63,604 bases of DNA from Paraspadella gotoi. Its lineage: Eukaryota > Animalia > Chaetognatha. Each line of letters starts with the position of its first letter. The first letter of the stretch is position 1. A program made the position numbers and the translations under genes. This document shows, in pieces, positions 35,901 through 50,892 of the stretch. The notes beneath the pieces are model-generated. The model did no database searches and was not told the origin of the DNA. It was given only the letters and a program-made list of their open reading frames with translations. Location: positions 6,861,731-6,925,334 of the forward strand of contig CM119268.1 in assembly GCA_051294375.1 (NCBI GenBank), in the 5' to 3' direction.

Positions 35901-37321
35901 CTGCGCCGACTGTTGGAGAAATTACAGTGAAATACCTATTTAACAAAATCGATGCGACAGAAAAGTTATCGTTTTTTTTAAGGAATGTGGATTAGATTAA
36001 TCCGATCTTATTAGACACTTTGTCGTTAAATTGGCATTTCACTGTACTATATTTCTCTTCATGTTTGCGTTGACGAAAAATTGTAAAAATATCGAGGAAA
36101 ATTAATTATTTATTGATTAGTTTATTCGCGCTTTTCAACATTGGTATGTTTGAGTTTTTTTTTTCAACTATACAAATTAAAATTTTTGATATAGAGTAGA
36201 CGATATTTTTAGAGTTTACGGGAAAAAAACTAAAGTCTAAACTCATTTTGAACATAAAAAGGCCGAGTTAAAGGTCATGCGGCGAGGGTGTATATCCTCT
36301 TTATATTTTTTTAACATAATTATATTATGAACTATATGAGTGAGACGAAGAGAAAATAAAATTAAACAAAAGAAAGATAAAGAAAAAAAGAAACAGAGAA
36401 AGAAAGAAAGAAAAAAAGAAAAAAAGAAACAGAAAGAAAAAAAGAGAGAAACAAAGAAACAAAGAAAAAACAACGAAAGAAACAAAAAAGAAAGAAAGGA
36501 AAAAAAATAAAATGAAAGATCGAAGGACAGAAAGAAAGAAAGAAAAAAAAACAGTACTGACCAGTGACCTTGCCAAGTCGCCGCGAGATTTTCCATCTTC
36601 TTCTATCCCGCGGCCAAGACATTTCCCCCGCCTTTCTTTCTGCCCGCTATCGCCATCTAGCGTCGCTTTTGGGAATAAACGTTCCCTCTCGATCGCCATT
36701 TGCGATTTCTTGATGACGCCCGTTAAGCGTTAACCGCGTCCTTTTATTTTCGCGGGTCGAATTAAGCGCATCGAGCGACCTCTTTATTCCATTAAGAGTC
36801 CGCCTTATTTGAGGGACGCTAGGGGCTTTTTTTTTTTCGGGTTCCTGTGCCTCTGGCGAGAGAGTGAATGTTTTAAATTTTAAAGATGAAAAATTGTAAA
36901 TGCTAAAAACCTTAATTTATTTCTTTAGCCTACATTTTGTTCCATATGGCCTCGTTTGTTACGCAATAGTTCTTCCTAATATTTGTCTCTTACGTTTTAT
37001 TAACGGCAATTATTTGACTTTCGTTGCATTGCGTGTTTGCTATATGGTTATTATTTGATAAGAAATTAATTCAGAGAAAAACGTTTTTTTTTCCGCTCTA
37101 CGATATTCAGATGGTTTCCATGCAATTAAAACGATAGCGTTGCAATTCTACTATTCTAGCTTTTCCTAAGTTGCCATTGCGTCTTAGGCGGTTGCTATGA
37201 CAACCCGAGAGTCGTTACGCCGTCTCCAGCGACCTCGCCATTACGGGGAAAAGAAAACCTGTGACTGATGGCGCCGCCCCTTTACCGCGAGATAACCGCA
37301 ATGTAAGAGGGAAAATAACAA

Positions 37322-37425
<104 letters not shown>

Positions 37426-38668
37426 CCCCCCACCGGATAGCAATGGATGGATGTAACTCTGTTTGACTGAACGTCTAGATTCATAATCTCTCGCGGGACA
37501 TTTCCTGCGCGGCCAAACGACGCCGCCGCCCCCGCCGCTTGCCGCCGCCGCCGCTTGCCTCCGCCGCCACCGACGCCGCTGGCCGCCGCCGACGACGACA
37601 ACAATAGGAAACACAACAGTTGACTCTCACTTGTAATGCATCTCGACGGAAGGGAAAACGTTTCTTCTCTCTTGACGCGTATTATATCGAAGAGTTCCAG
37701 CCGCCGCAGCCTACTCCTCCTCTTCCTCCTCCTCCTCCTCCTCTTTTTCCCCCATTATAAAATGGACCCGAATACATTGGCGCTAAACAATAACAAACCC
37801 GAAAATATTTTGGGTCCGGATGTAGGAACTGAATCGGCGCCAATACGAGTACACAAAGAATAAAAAGCAAACAAGCGAGCAAAACATCCAAACAAAAAAC
37901 GAATATAGGATACATGAAACCTTTAAAATGAATTTCAAAACCTTTAAAAATCAAACCATACTAGCAAAGTACGTTTGACAACAGAAAGTTTAAAAACTGT
38001 TACATCAATAATGTATTACAGCTTATGTGTTGGTCTATAAAAAACATGACATTGGCCTTAAAAGTCCAATGCGAGAACACTAAAGAGTTAACTAGTAATA
38101 CCGTTCATGTCACTCAATTGACCTCAAATTGTTTCAAATGGTAAAACGCTCAAGAGCTGCTCTGATGTGCTTTCCCCTTACCTACAGTTACTCCTGGCCT
38201 TTCTTTCCTTTCACTTATATAAACAATTTTTAATCCTTTTGCTTTAATTAAGAATTTCTTTCCCAATCGCTACGTTCATTATCTTTTCCTTTCATCAAAT
38301 ATTATAATTACAATAATAGGTTGAATTTGTTTATACTTCTTTTCCTTTCTCCTTCCTACTTTCCCTTCCCGTTCATCATTTCCTCACCCACCTCACTTCT
38401 TGAATTCCCGGGTAAGGGAAGGCGTCTCGAAATTCGGGTAAGTACACGAAAAATCGGGCAGCTCTCGACGGCGAGCCAAAAAGGGGTCAGTTGAAAGGAG
38501 CTACGCAAACCGCAAAAGGTAGGTTCGCCAGGACGAGAGAAACCGAAAGCCACTTTCATCCCGACACCTGAACGATCCGAATCGGCGCCGGTAGACGCGG
38601 CGTCGTTTTGGCGCCGGAACGGCCTTTTTTTAGGGTTTCAAAGGATTTAATGTTCACGGCGTCCTTAA

Positions 38669-38699
<31 letters not shown>

Positions 38700-39736
38700 T
38701 TCGTCGTCTTCGTCATCGTCGTCATCGTCTTCGCGACAACCGAACGACGTTATTACGGCGCCTTTAACGTTAACGCCATCGTTTAATGTTAATGCCATCG
38801 TTTAATGTTAACGCCATCGTTTCCATTATCTCCGCAATTTTTGTCTCGTTCTCTTCTTGAGCAACCCGATCTCACGTCCCCCTTGATTGCTCTTTTATTT
38901 AAAACGTCTTTTTTTTTCTTTTTCAAAATCGGTCTTAATATGGCTAACGTTTCACAGAGTTAATGGTAATGATCTTCACTGATGAGAGGACGTGATCAAA
39001 CTGTCAGAACTTTCGTTTAAAGACTTTGTTTTTAATATTTGATATTTATTTAACATTAAAATTCTTTATGCATTTTGTCGTCTTTCTAAATAATTATATT
39101 TTATATTTGAGTACACGTAGACTTAAGTAGAGAGTGAAAATTTATTCTTTGATCTTTGATAAAGTAATATAAATTAGCGTGTTTCAATAGTTCACTAATT
39201 CTGACTATGATTTTTTAATATACTATAAATGGTTGTTTATAACTTTTATCCATCGTTTTCGTCATAGAGAAGAAGCCGATATTCAGACTGCTGTCGCTCC
39301 TGCTCCTGTTGCAGCAGCCATGGAGCAGCGTTCGCAAGAATCCTGTCAAGAAACGGCGATAAGAAATACGTTTTTTTTAAATCTCCTATTGTACTCTCAG
39401 CGACTTCCCCCCCCCTCTTCCGGCCACGCCCACTTTTTTTCCGACGTCAGACGCTTTCGCCGACGCTTCGTTGGAGCGTCTAGTCTCTCCTGAGTAAATA
39501 AATATAGCTTTATCTCTCTCTGTTTCTCTCTCTCCTCTCAAACGCAAAACAAACAAAAACGAAAAAAACAACTTTTTCGTTTTCACAGGCCCTTCATGCG
39601 AATTATTTTTCCATGGGATTTAATATCGCAAGACGGGTTGTTTTGTTAACACGTTTGTCTCTTTATTTAATTAATTGTTTGTTTTTTAACCTTGTTTTGT
39701 TTCATTTGATCTCATTTCTTTTCTTCTTTCTTTCCT

Positions 39737-39828
<92 letters not shown>

Positions 39829-40023
39829 TATTTATTTCTTTCTATCTATCATTCTTTTTCCCTTTTATTCTTTTCACGAATTCTATTTTCACTTTCCCCC
39901 TAAAATTTGTGAGAAAAATTCTTTGGTTCACAAATTCGAGGAGAAAATGATTTCGCAAATTACCTGTGAAAAAGATATGGGGTTTAAAAACCAGGGCCTC
40001 AGTTTAACAATTTGTTAGAGAGA

Positions 40024-40081
<58 letters not shown>

Positions 40082-40104
40082 AAAGAGAAAAGAGAGAGAG
40101 AGAA

Positions 40105-40161
<57 letters not shown>

Positions 40162-40353
40162 AAATAAAAAGAGAATGTAAGAGTGTGCACTGTGCACTGT
40201 GCAAAGAAGGCAGGCAAAAAAGAGATTAAAAATATGAAAAAAACTATATTGAAGATAAACGACGATTGAAAGTAATAAAATACAAAGTTAAAGATAGAAA
40301 GATAGAAAAAAATTCCCTATTCTATCCCATTTCCTCTCCTGCCCTTAACTCAC

Positions 40354-40497
40354 CCGTAAAGGCCCGAGTTCTGAGCACCGCGATTGGGTTGTCCGTGAGC
40401 CTCAGACTCCGCAGCGCAGCGACGCCGTCGAAGCAGCGCGTCGGAATCTCTTTGATGTTATTGGAGGAGAGGTCGATAACGTCGACGGCGCCGATGC
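40354..40497 (-). CDS. Exon of a leucine-rich repeat protein (two 24-aa LRRs)
   Basis: 144-nt phase 1-1 exon, CCAG|..|GTGAGT; GIGAVDVIDLSSNNIKEIPTRCFDGVAALRSLRLTDNPIAVLRTRAFTG fits the LxxLxLxxNxIxxIxxxAFxG consensus. Confidence 0.9.
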
Positions 40498-40537
40498 CTG
40501 GCAACAACAACAACGACAAACAGAGGATGAGAATTTG

Positions 40538-40795
40538 GAAAAAAGACGGGAAAAAGAACGCAAAAAGGACGGGAAAAAGAACGGGAAAAAGGCGGAAAAA
40601 AGGACGGGAAAAAGAACGGGAAAATGGACGGGAAAAAGGACGGGAAAAAGGCGAGCGGAAAAAGGAGGGAAAAGGCGGGAAAAAGGGCGGGAAAAAGAAG
40701 GGGAAAAGGACGGGAAAAAGGCGGGAAAAAGGACGGAAAAAAGGACGGGAAAAAGGCGGGAAAAAGGACCGGAAAAGGACGGGAAAAAGGACGGA
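40538..40795 (+). repeat. ~12-bp minisatellite (GGACGGGAAAAA)n next to the LRR exon acceptor
   Basis: Direct sequence. Confidence 0.85.
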
Positions 40796-43700
40796 GTTTC
40801 GGGCGAAATTCTAAGAGTTGAAGTCGCTTTGTTGCTCATTTTAATGTGAATGTCAATATTCGTCTTCGTACTATTTACTAATTTTATTTTTTGGTCGTTA
40901 ATGTTGCGAAAAATAACTTTGTATAATCAATATATTATTCAACTATATAAATTATTAAAATATTAATCGCCGTTTTTTTGCCTAAAAATAAAAAAAAATC
41001 GTTCAATTCTGTTTTCTAACGCTCGTCAGCATTCAGATCAAAGCTGCTACTGCTGCTGCGGCGGCGTTTGTTGTTGTTATCACTGTGGTCGAGATCCCTA
41101 AAGTCACGTGAGATAAAGGTAATTTTTTTTCAGATTTTATATGGACTCTTTATTGCACGATAACTTCGGAAAAATGAAGAGAAATTAAGAGATGAGAGAG
41201 AGGGAGAGACAAAAACAGAGAAAGAGAGATAACGAGAGATAACTCAGTCATGATTGCTCTTCTCTTCGCGCGTAAAAAAAAAAAAGAGCAAAATCTATTT
41301 TCATCTTTTTCTCCGTTTTTGCTCTCTCTCTTTCTCTCACTCGCTCTCTAATCTTTTTTTTTTTTTCCACTTTTCGCTTTTAAACTCTCTTTTCACTTCA
41401 GTACCAGGAACCACGAGAGGCAATAACCGTTAGTAACTGGCAGCAACTCGCAAGTAACCCTAGCCTCGCCACCACCGCTATTTCCGCTTTCCCTCGCCCC
41501 TCCCCTACCCTAATAATCGAACGCGAATTCAGCGATTTAAATTAGCTACGACCGTCGCCTGGCAACGAACGCTAAAAGGTTAAATGTCCTTATTAACGTT
41601 CATTCGGAGCGAATTAAAGATTTGAAAAAGAAATTAGGAAATCTGATTTGATGCTCCTAACAATTCGGGGACTCTTTGTTAAGGTTAAAAAGATTAAGAA
41701 AGAAACATTGTAAAATGTTGTAAAAGGAAATAAAAAAAAACTTTAACAACATACAACAACCAAATGGCTAATGACGGAATGACTTCACGTCTCCCCAGCC
41801 GGATTTTGTTTTTAAAATTCTCGCGCGACACTTTTTTTTTCCCCCTTCTTTTTTAAAAAAAAAGACTGAGAAGAGATGCTCCTTTGTCTCACGGACTCGA
41901 ATCGATGAATAACGCAAGAGAGATGGCAGCATCGCTCTCTCTCCCCGGCGGCCATCTTTGTCACGTGACGAAGAATGCATTTGGGATTTTGGACTTAATA
42001 CGACGATTCTGCAACGAATCGTCAAGGGGGAAGTGGGGGTCGCAAGGGGGGGGGGCGCTCTAGTGGAGTAATTTTTATGACTTCGTTTGGTTTTTTCATC
42101 ATCAAAACATTTTTTATCAAAAAATCTCTGATCCAGCAGCTACCTAGTTCCTAATAACTAGTACCTACTTCGGAGTAAAAGTGACCCGTTCCATGGCTGT
42201 TCGAGGGGCACAGAAGTTACGGATAGTAGTCTTCAGCCCACTTAGCGCCTTATCCATAGATTGGCTAATACGTCAAACGTCCTCATTTGTCCAAAGGGAA
42301 AATCGCTCGAGGCCGCATCTTCCTCCTCATGTCCTCGCGAAAAAGAATGAGTTTGTCCCCCGAAAAGTCACATCCATTCCATAGTTTCGCTTCTCCGTCT
42401 GCCCAAAGGCGATTCACTTTTGTCTTCGCCTTTTGTCTTCGTCGTCAGAGGGAATCGCGTTGGCTGCGTTTATTTTCTTCTTTCGTCGATTATACGTCAG
42501 CGAGTGACGTCTTCACTGACGTCATCAACGCTGTGACGCTTGACCGCAATTCTTATGACGGCTTCTCAGCTTAGAACAACGAGAAAGTTACCGCGAAACG
42601 ATCCTTGCGATTTCAGACTTCCGGCAAATCGATGAAAAATCGAGAGTTAATTCCAAGCAGAAAAAGTAGAATTAGATAATTTTCTGTTTATTATTTGTTA
42701 GTTAGCGACGATTAATAAATTGATTTTTCCGCGTTGTGAAAGTAAAAAAAAAATCACTATAAAAAGCATACTCGGTTATATTCGAAAAAAAGACTGAAAT
42801 TCCAGGGACTCCGCAAGCAAAGAAAAGAAAGCGTTACACCGATATTTCGCACGCCACATAAAGACCTGAACTCAAATTGTAAAATGGCTGACGTATAACT
42901 CAGACGCAAAGGATCATTTAAAACCTAAAGCAAATTATGCTTAAGTAATAAACCCCGAGGTAAACGTCCTCTCGCTCTAAGTCATTTCCCCCGACTGTAA
43001 TTCATTCTCCCACGCCTGCCAGGACAGGCGGTGACCATCAGGCGGAATCACCTCATCGCCTTTAGTCATTTAGTCATTTTTAACCCACGAACGCCCCCAC
43101 CTTATTCGGTGCGACTCGCTGACCAAATACCCGATTTTTCATCCTCTTCCTCTTTCGCCTACCCTTCGTCTCTCCTTTTCTCCACCCCAGCCTCACCCAC
43201 CCCTCTTTCTCCCTCCTTACCCTATCTCTCCCTTTTTAGGTCGCAGCGACAACAGAGGGAAACTAAAATAGTTTCCGTCATGAAGTCTGAGGGGGAAGGA
43301 GCAGCTGGCAAAACAACTCCGTCCCCCGGGGGACACCTACTCATGCTATTGGAGGGAGAGAGAGAGGGAGAGAGAGTAATGGGGGGAAAGAGAGGCGAAG
43401 GAGGAGAGGGAGTAGAAAAGAAAGAGAGGGGGAAGAGAGCTTCACCCAGCTCTCTTTTTGTTCTGTTTCGGAGGGAAGGGGATCTTTTATGACGATTGCT
43501 ACTTAGGCTAATTGTGCTAATTATACATTTTAAATATCGAATCTGCGTGAAAAAAGATTACATAGAAGAAGAAAACATCCAGCCTTGTCCTTTTTTTATT
43601 GTCCCTTTGTACCCAACTGAAAATGTCGCTTCTCCAACTCTCGCCAACTCTCTCTTTGACTGGCAGCCGCGCTGCCCTGCAGCCCCGCAGCTCCGCCGCT

Positions 43701-43873
43701 CTGTCGCACCGCACCCACTGGCGCGGCGACAAGAAAGAGACGCCAACCGAAAAAAAAAAAACCACGAAATAAAAAACGGACCAAAAGAGGATAACCATGA
43801 AAACGACAAAAAAAGAAGAAGAAAACAACACAGAAGACAACACAATCAAAACAAAAACAAACAACGAATACGT

Positions 43874-43908
<35 letters not shown>

Positions 43909-45014
43909 GACGACCACGATGCCAGTGCTTACCCATTAATGACTAGTACTACATAGAACGACGACGACGACAACGAGAAAGACGAAAACGACGACGACGG
44001 CAACGAAAACAACTCTGATGACAAAACGCGTTTGCAGCGAACGAAATTGAATAGATCCTCGGAAGCAATAGCGCAATGAAGGTGAGCAGCTGTCGAGTGG
44101 CAACAGCAAAAAACCTGCAGCAACCGGCGAAGCTCTGGTCGCGGAAACGAAGCTGGACGCGACGATGACATAATTTCTCTCCAGTTTGGATCGATCCCCG
44201 CATGCCGCTAACGAAAAAAAAAAATAACGATTTATGCTGTACAAATGAAATATAAACCAAGCGTTGTGGATATATATGTATATTGTACAATATTGTATAT
44301 ATATATATATACATAGTTAAATCGCCATCCTCGTTGTTGGCCTCGTCTTCCGTCGTTAAAAAGATGTTTTCGTCATCAAAAGCCGAAAAAATCTCTGCTG
44401 ATCGGATAAGAAAGAGAAGACCCTCCTCTGATGGTTCCTCCTCTTTTTTCCTCCTCCTTTTCTGGTCTCTTCCTCCTCTCTGCTCCTCTTCTTATCTCTT
44501 CCTTCTCTCCTCCTCCTCATCGTTCCCTCTTAAGGCCGATCTTGAGTAGGTTGAAAAGATAAGGAAATCACCGGACGCGGGAAGACAGAGAATGTGTGTG
44601 GGAGAGCAGAGAGAGAGAGAGATAGAGAGAGAGAGGAAGAGAGATGAGAGACGACGATGAGAGGAGAGAGCAGAGAGAGAGAGAGAGAGATCCCGGGGAC
44701 GGAAGAAGCGGCGAAAGAGGAACTTACTTTCGCTCCTTCCAAACCCTCGCGGGGTTTAAATTGGCGTCACTTCACAATCTAAATCCCGGGGAAGAGAGGG
44801 AGGGAAGGAGGAGGAAGAGGAGGAGGAAGAAAATGAGGAGGCGTCGGAGGAGTCGAAAGACGAGGAAGGCGGGACAAAGAGAAGGAAAAAAGAAAGGAGA
44901 GGAAAGAGAAAAAGAAAAGAGAAGTAAATATTCGAGAAAGGACTTAGTTTTTTGCTCTTCGAAAAAAAGAAAATCTCGGGGGGTTTAAATTGGCGACACT
45001 TCACAACCGAATTC

Positions 45015-45680
45015 TTGGGGAAGAAGAAGCGGGAAGGATGGATAGAGGGAGGAAGTTGGGAGTGAGAGAGGAGGAAGGAGGGAGAGAGAGGGAGAAGGGG
45101 GAGGAGAGAGGGATGAAGTGGGAAGAGGAGAGGGAAGAAGTGGGAGGAGAGAGTAAGGAAGTGGGAGGAGAGAGGGTGGAAGGGGGGGAGAAGGAGAGGG
45201 AGGAAGTGGGAGGAGAGAGGGAGGAAGTGGGAGGAGAGAGGGTGGAAGGGGGAGAAGAGAGGGAGGAAGTGGAGGAGAGAGGGGAGGAAGGGAAAGAAGA
45301 GAGGAGAAAAGGAGGAGAGAGTGAGAAAAGGGGAGGAGAGAGGGAGAAGGGGAGAAGAGAAGGAGAAAGGGGAGGGAGAGAGGGAGAAGGGGGAGGAGAG
45401 AGGGAAAAAGGGGAGAAGAGAGGGAGGAAGGGGGAGAAGAGAGGGAGGAAGGGGGAGAAGAGATGGAGAAAAGGAGGAGAGAGTGAGAAAGGGGTAGGAG
45501 AGAGGGAGGAAGGGGAGGAGAGAGGGAGAAGGGGAGGAGAGAAAGAGGAGGAATGGGAAGAGAGAGGGAGGAAGGGGGAGGAGAGAAGGAGGAAGGAGGA
45601 GAAAAGAGGGAGGAAGTGGGAAGAGAGAGGAGGAAGGGGAGGAGAGAGGGAGGAAGTGGGAGGAGAGAAAGCGGGTGGAT
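45015..45680 (+). repeat. Polypurine (G/A) low-complexity tract with GAGGAAGTGGGAGGAGAGAG-like subunits
   Basis: Almost purely purine on the + strand; explains the spurious 230- and 244-aa ORFs. Confidence 0.9.
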
Positions 45681-46313
45681 GAGGAATATGGAAAAAGTGT
45701 AAAAGTGGGTGACCTCCATCGAAAATGGAGAAAATGAGGAGATGAGATGAGGAGAAAATGAGGAGATGAGATGGTGAGAAAATGAGAGGAGAGGAAGAGA
45801 TGAAAAGGAGACGGAAGAAAATTTAAACTTAAGAAATATGAGTAATTTTAAAATAGGAAAGATAGTTAAAGATAGAATGACATTGACAGATAGATAGATG
45901 GTTATAAAATGAAATAATTTTTTTTTAAAGAATTTTTTTAAAGAATTCAGATTTTAAAAACCCACCTTTTAAAAATTTCCTAAATCCTCGCCGGACCCGT
46001 CAATCTAGTATGGATGGGAGAATGAGAGACTCGGAGATGGAGATAGAATATATAATGAAAAAAAAAGTGACAATTACTGATGGTATTAAGAACAAAGGGT
46101 CAGCGAGATGCCGAGATGGTATTAAAATGAGAAAAGTAACAGAACAGAAACTACAGAAAAGAGCAGAAAAAAAAGGAGAGAGGTAAGTTGAAGGGCTCGA
46201 GTTGGGCGACCCCTTTCCCAAAAGGGCGAGCGTTAAAACACTTGCCCGGAAAATTAAATGTAAAAAAGCCGGAAATCGGAATCAGGCGAAAAGAGGTTAA
46301 CGATCCATGGAGC

Positions 46314-46380
<67 letters not shown>

Positions 46381-47394
46381 GAGAGAGAGAAGAGAGAGAG
46401 AGAGAATTTGCATAACCGTAAAAACTGAAATTTTTTCCAAGTTTGTTTTCTGGCGCCGATTTTGTCCGGAAACATAAATCTTGGGTTGGAGTCGACGAAA
46501 AAAAAAAATCTGCTAACTTTCCGGACGGATACTGTCGGTCGGTTTCTGTCGGCCATATTCTGTCGGCCGGTTACTTTAAGCCATAATACGAGCGCCGGTT
46601 CTTTCGACCTTATCCCGTTTTCCGGATTCTTTTGGGCTATATTTGGCAAGTTTATTTTAGTCGGCCGGATTCTGTCAGCCGGATTGGGTCGACTGTATGC
46701 CGTATTCTTTTGATAGGATTAATTATTTCAATGAGATTATTTCGATTCAATCGAGCAGACTTAACTGTTGATTCTTACGGCCAGTACCAAATTGTTGAAA
46801 GCAGGCTTCAGCCATTTTATCTTTGACGCGACATTCTCAGTTCGTTGAAAGCGAAACCATCCCTTTTCTCCGATGTTCAACTTTTTTTCTTCTCAAAATG
46901 GAGACACTTCTAGTTTTTTTGTTCTTTTGTGAGTTAGTTTTTTTTTTTTGGGGGGGGAAGTTTTATGTACCTGCTCCACTGCTCCACCGAACATAAAAAT
47001 TTGAAATGAAAATCTAAATGGAGTGAATCGAAACGCTCATACGATTTTCATGGTGAAGAGAATTTTTAAACGAGGCTACGACGACGACGACGACGAAGAA
47101 GAAGAAGACGACGAAGATGACGACGACGACAAAGAGAAAGACAACGACATTGACGACGACAACCTTGATGTTGACAACGACGAAGACCAAAGGAAACAAG
47201 GACGACAAAAGACGACAAAAGACGACAACGGCAAGACCGACCTAAGGGGAACTTTACTTGTCCTCGTTCCTTCAACCGGGGCTGACCTCTTCTTCCTCCT
47301 CCTCCTCCTCCTCCTCACCCCAGAGCTGACCTCCTCCGAATTCCGTCTTTTTGTTTCTCGAAAATTCGGGAAAAGTGGAAAGAGGATGAGAGGG

Positions 47395-48675
47395 TAGGGT
47401 GTTTCACCCAACTTTGAAAAGTTTTCAGATCTTCATTTACATCTAGGAAAATATGTTGGGAGGTAAAAAAATAAGATTGTACTACTTTTTGTCAAAATTG
47501 GTTCAACACCCTTAGTGCTACCCTCGCCTAAAGGATAAAAAAAGCACACCTTGGGCACATTTTCGTCAATTGACTGAATCCTAGTAAGCCAATCCACGTC
47601 CAAAGATCTTATTAATTGCCCCACCTTCTAAGGATGATGCAGTAAAAATTTCAGCTTTCTATCATTACAAAGGCTCACACTACAGCAGTTACTGTGTGAT
47701 GGAGTATAGAGAACAGCAGATTTTAAACATTTAAACTCAAAATAAAATCATTTCTCGTCAGATCTAATATTTTTTTATATATTATCATATTAGTAGGAGC
47801 CAAGTGTCCTATTTTTTAAAAGGTGTGCCCACATCCTGGTGGATACTTCCTGTATATTAAAAACATAAATCACTTATGTATATCACTTACTTTTTTAACA
47901 GTTTTTAAATCTACAGTATTAATGTGACATACTAATTAGTAGTCATCTTGCAACAGTGCAATAGACCCTTAAAATTTTTCATGGAGCCGCTCCTTAAATG
48001 CAACTTTAATTTTATGAAAAACTAATGATGCTATTCTAAACTAACTGATCTCACTACTTGTCCATGTTTTCAATATTATTCTAGACATGATAATTTTAAG
48101 GGTCCATTGCACTGTTGCAAGACGACTACTAATTAGTATGCCACAATTAATACTGTAGATTTAAAAACTGTTGAAAAAGTAAGTGATATACAATAGTGAT
48201 ATATGTTTTTATTATTTTGTACAGGAAGTATCCACCAGGATGTGGGCACACCTTTTAAAAAATAGGACACTTTGCTCCTACTAGTATGATATTATATAAA
48301 AAAAATATAGATCTGAAGAAATGATTTTATTTTGAGTTTAAATGTTTAAAATCTGCTGTTCTCTATACTCCATCACACAGTAACTGTTGTAGTGTGAGCC
48401 CTTTGTAATGATAGAAAGCTGAAATTTTTACTGCATCATCCTTAGAAGGTGGGGCAATTAATAAGATTCTTTGGACGTGGATTGGCTTACTAGGATTCAG
48501 TCAATTGAACGAAAATGTGCCAAGGTGTGCTTTTTATCCTTTAGGCGAGGTAGCACTAAGGGTGTTGAACCAATTTTGACAAAAAGTAGTACAATTTTAT
48601 TTTTTTACCTCCCAACATATTTTCCTAGATGTAAATGAAGATCTGAAAACTTTCAAAGTTGGGTGAAACACCCTA
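47395..48675. mobile_element. Non-autonomous foldback element: ~590-bp TIRs, ~100-bp spacer, 9-bp TSD (Mutator/Foldback-like)
   Basis: Ends TAGGGTGTTTCACCCAACTTTGAAA..TTTCAAAGTTGGGTGAAACACCCTA. Arms are ~47395-47983 and ~48086-48675. Flanked by ATGAGAGGG at 47386-47394 and 48676-48684. Confidence 0.92.
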
Positions 48676-48900
48676 ATGAGAGGGTCCAATGGATAAAGGG
48701 GGCGGGGAGGGGGGGCGATTCTGGAGCGTCAAATCCTAGAACTGCGAGGACTCTAGGAGGTGTGGAAGAGGGGCGGAGAAGGGGTAAAAAGGGATGTGGA
48801 AGGAGTGCCAGAGGAGGACTAAAGAAAATATGCTGAGTAGCGAATCTCGTCCCCGCGTCAAAACCCAATATCTTCGGGATCAACGACAATTTTTATGGAA

Positions 48901-48969
<69 letters not shown>

Positions 48970-49594
48970 GACTCTCACTCTTTCGGAATATCTTTGTAAG
49001 CAGAAGCTTTGATTAACTTTCTTATTTCTGACGACCGTTTAATTTTGAAAGCATCAGCTGGGAGTCTTTTTAGACATATATGCAAATTTTAAAATGTATA
49101 AGATGTGACCTTTAAACCAAGCTGAAGAAAAAGTATTTTGGTTTCCTGAAATGATAACAAGTAAAAATACACAAAAAGAAGATAGACTAAGTAGCAAAAA
49201 GCCTTTTAAGTGCTCTTACGTACTCTCGGTAGCAGAAAGATAAAAATTCTAAAGTAACGAGAAGAAGGAAAATGATAAAAGATTTTGAATCCATTTGTAG
49301 AAAAGAAAAGATACTATATTTGGATAAAATATATTGATATATTTTTTTTTTGCTTTCCTTAATGTTTAATTTAATTAATTTTTTTCCTTTATTAAATAAA
49401 AATACATTTTAATCCACTGCTTTCCATAACCTGCAGTTTTATACAACCATAACATTATAATAAGAGTGTCGATAAAAATGTAAATAAAATATATTTCAGG
49501 ATAAATTTAGACGAGAAGCCATGGAAACCTTCAAACAGTTTTATGCGTTACATTAATCGTGTTTTTACATCAACTCTATATTAACCGAGTTTGG

Positions 49595-49625
<31 letters not shown>

Positions 49626-50086
49626 GGCAAGGATAAAAATAAACGTGATATCCCGCTCGCTTCATGAGGTCTGGAAAGGGAGGACCGCTCAGTGGCAGGT
49701 CTCAATTCTCAGATATTGGATAAGGCTTTCGCACAAAAACCAGACTTCACTCAGGGTCGAAGTCAAAATGTCGCAGTCTCGCGTCTGTGTCCACTGTCCA
49801 CTGTCCAGGTCTCAGATCCCAGGTCCCAAATTTCCAGTCACCGGTCGGGGTTCGGGCGAAAAAACAGTTTATGATTATAAACAAAATAGTTAAGTTTATT
49901 GAAATATCAACTTAGTTTACTCTCATTGTGAGACAAATAAAATCCAATTTCCCATTCCAGATGTTGTGGGTCATTTTTTTCTTACGCCATCTAAACTAAT
50001 GAGTTAGCGCGGACTCTTTGCTAACATCGCTCATATTCAAATTACTATTTTCATCATTATCATTACCAGAAGGTTGCCAGTTTTAA

Positions 50087-50130
<44 letters not shown>

Positions 50131-50684
50131 CTTCATTTTTTTTCTCGGCAGCCATTTCAAGGCGACTCAAGAACAACGCTTGTTGCAACAACGTTTTCCT
50201 TCGTTCGTTGTAACCGTTCGTTGAAAATGTAGAAATGTAGAATTTCTTGTTTGCCATAATGGACACGAACAAAGTCTCATTAAGGCTTGATAAGAAAAAT
50301 TTATAGAGGAATTATGACTATTACCGTTTGGACAGGTATTTAGTAAGTTAAAATCAATATATCTACAGTGAATTTGGTTTTTGTTTTTGTTTTAACGGTT
50401 TAATCAAACAGCACGATTTTTACGGTAGCGCTTTGCAACAAAAAAGAATCTGACTACCAATTTCCCCAGATTTCTCTCCTTTAATTTCGAATCCTGAATT
50501 ATGAATACGGAATGTTGATATCTGAATCTTCATCCTTAGCAAAGCCCGGCCCGCGGAAGAGTGAAAAAAAAACACACAAAAAAAAAAACAAACAGAAAAT
50601 AACTAAAATGAGACGCAACAACAAAAGCTGGTTAACGCGTAAACAGGCGCCAACAGGTTCTTGATTAGGAGAAACAAGGCGATT

Positions 50685-50737
<53 letters not shown>

Positions 50738-50853
50738 CGCCAATCCTCGTTAGGGTTGAGAGACAATGGGCGGCGCGGAACCAGGGAAGGCGACGGTTGA
50801 CGTGAGGGATTAAGGAAAACGCGATAATCATCTCCCGGGAAAACAAGGGAGAG

Positions 50854-50892
<39 letters not shown>

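Noticed and set aside
36568-36720. GC-rich segment upstream of the SM gene as a first coding exon
   Set aside because: No frame-compatible path into the SM exons; more likely promoter or 5' UTR, but unsupported
44985-45719. Long ORFs of 230-244 aa, and the many SLSL/ERER/poly-D/poly-S/poly-F ORFs throughout
   Set aside because: Translations of microsatellite or polypurine tracts that lack stop codons; no coding signal
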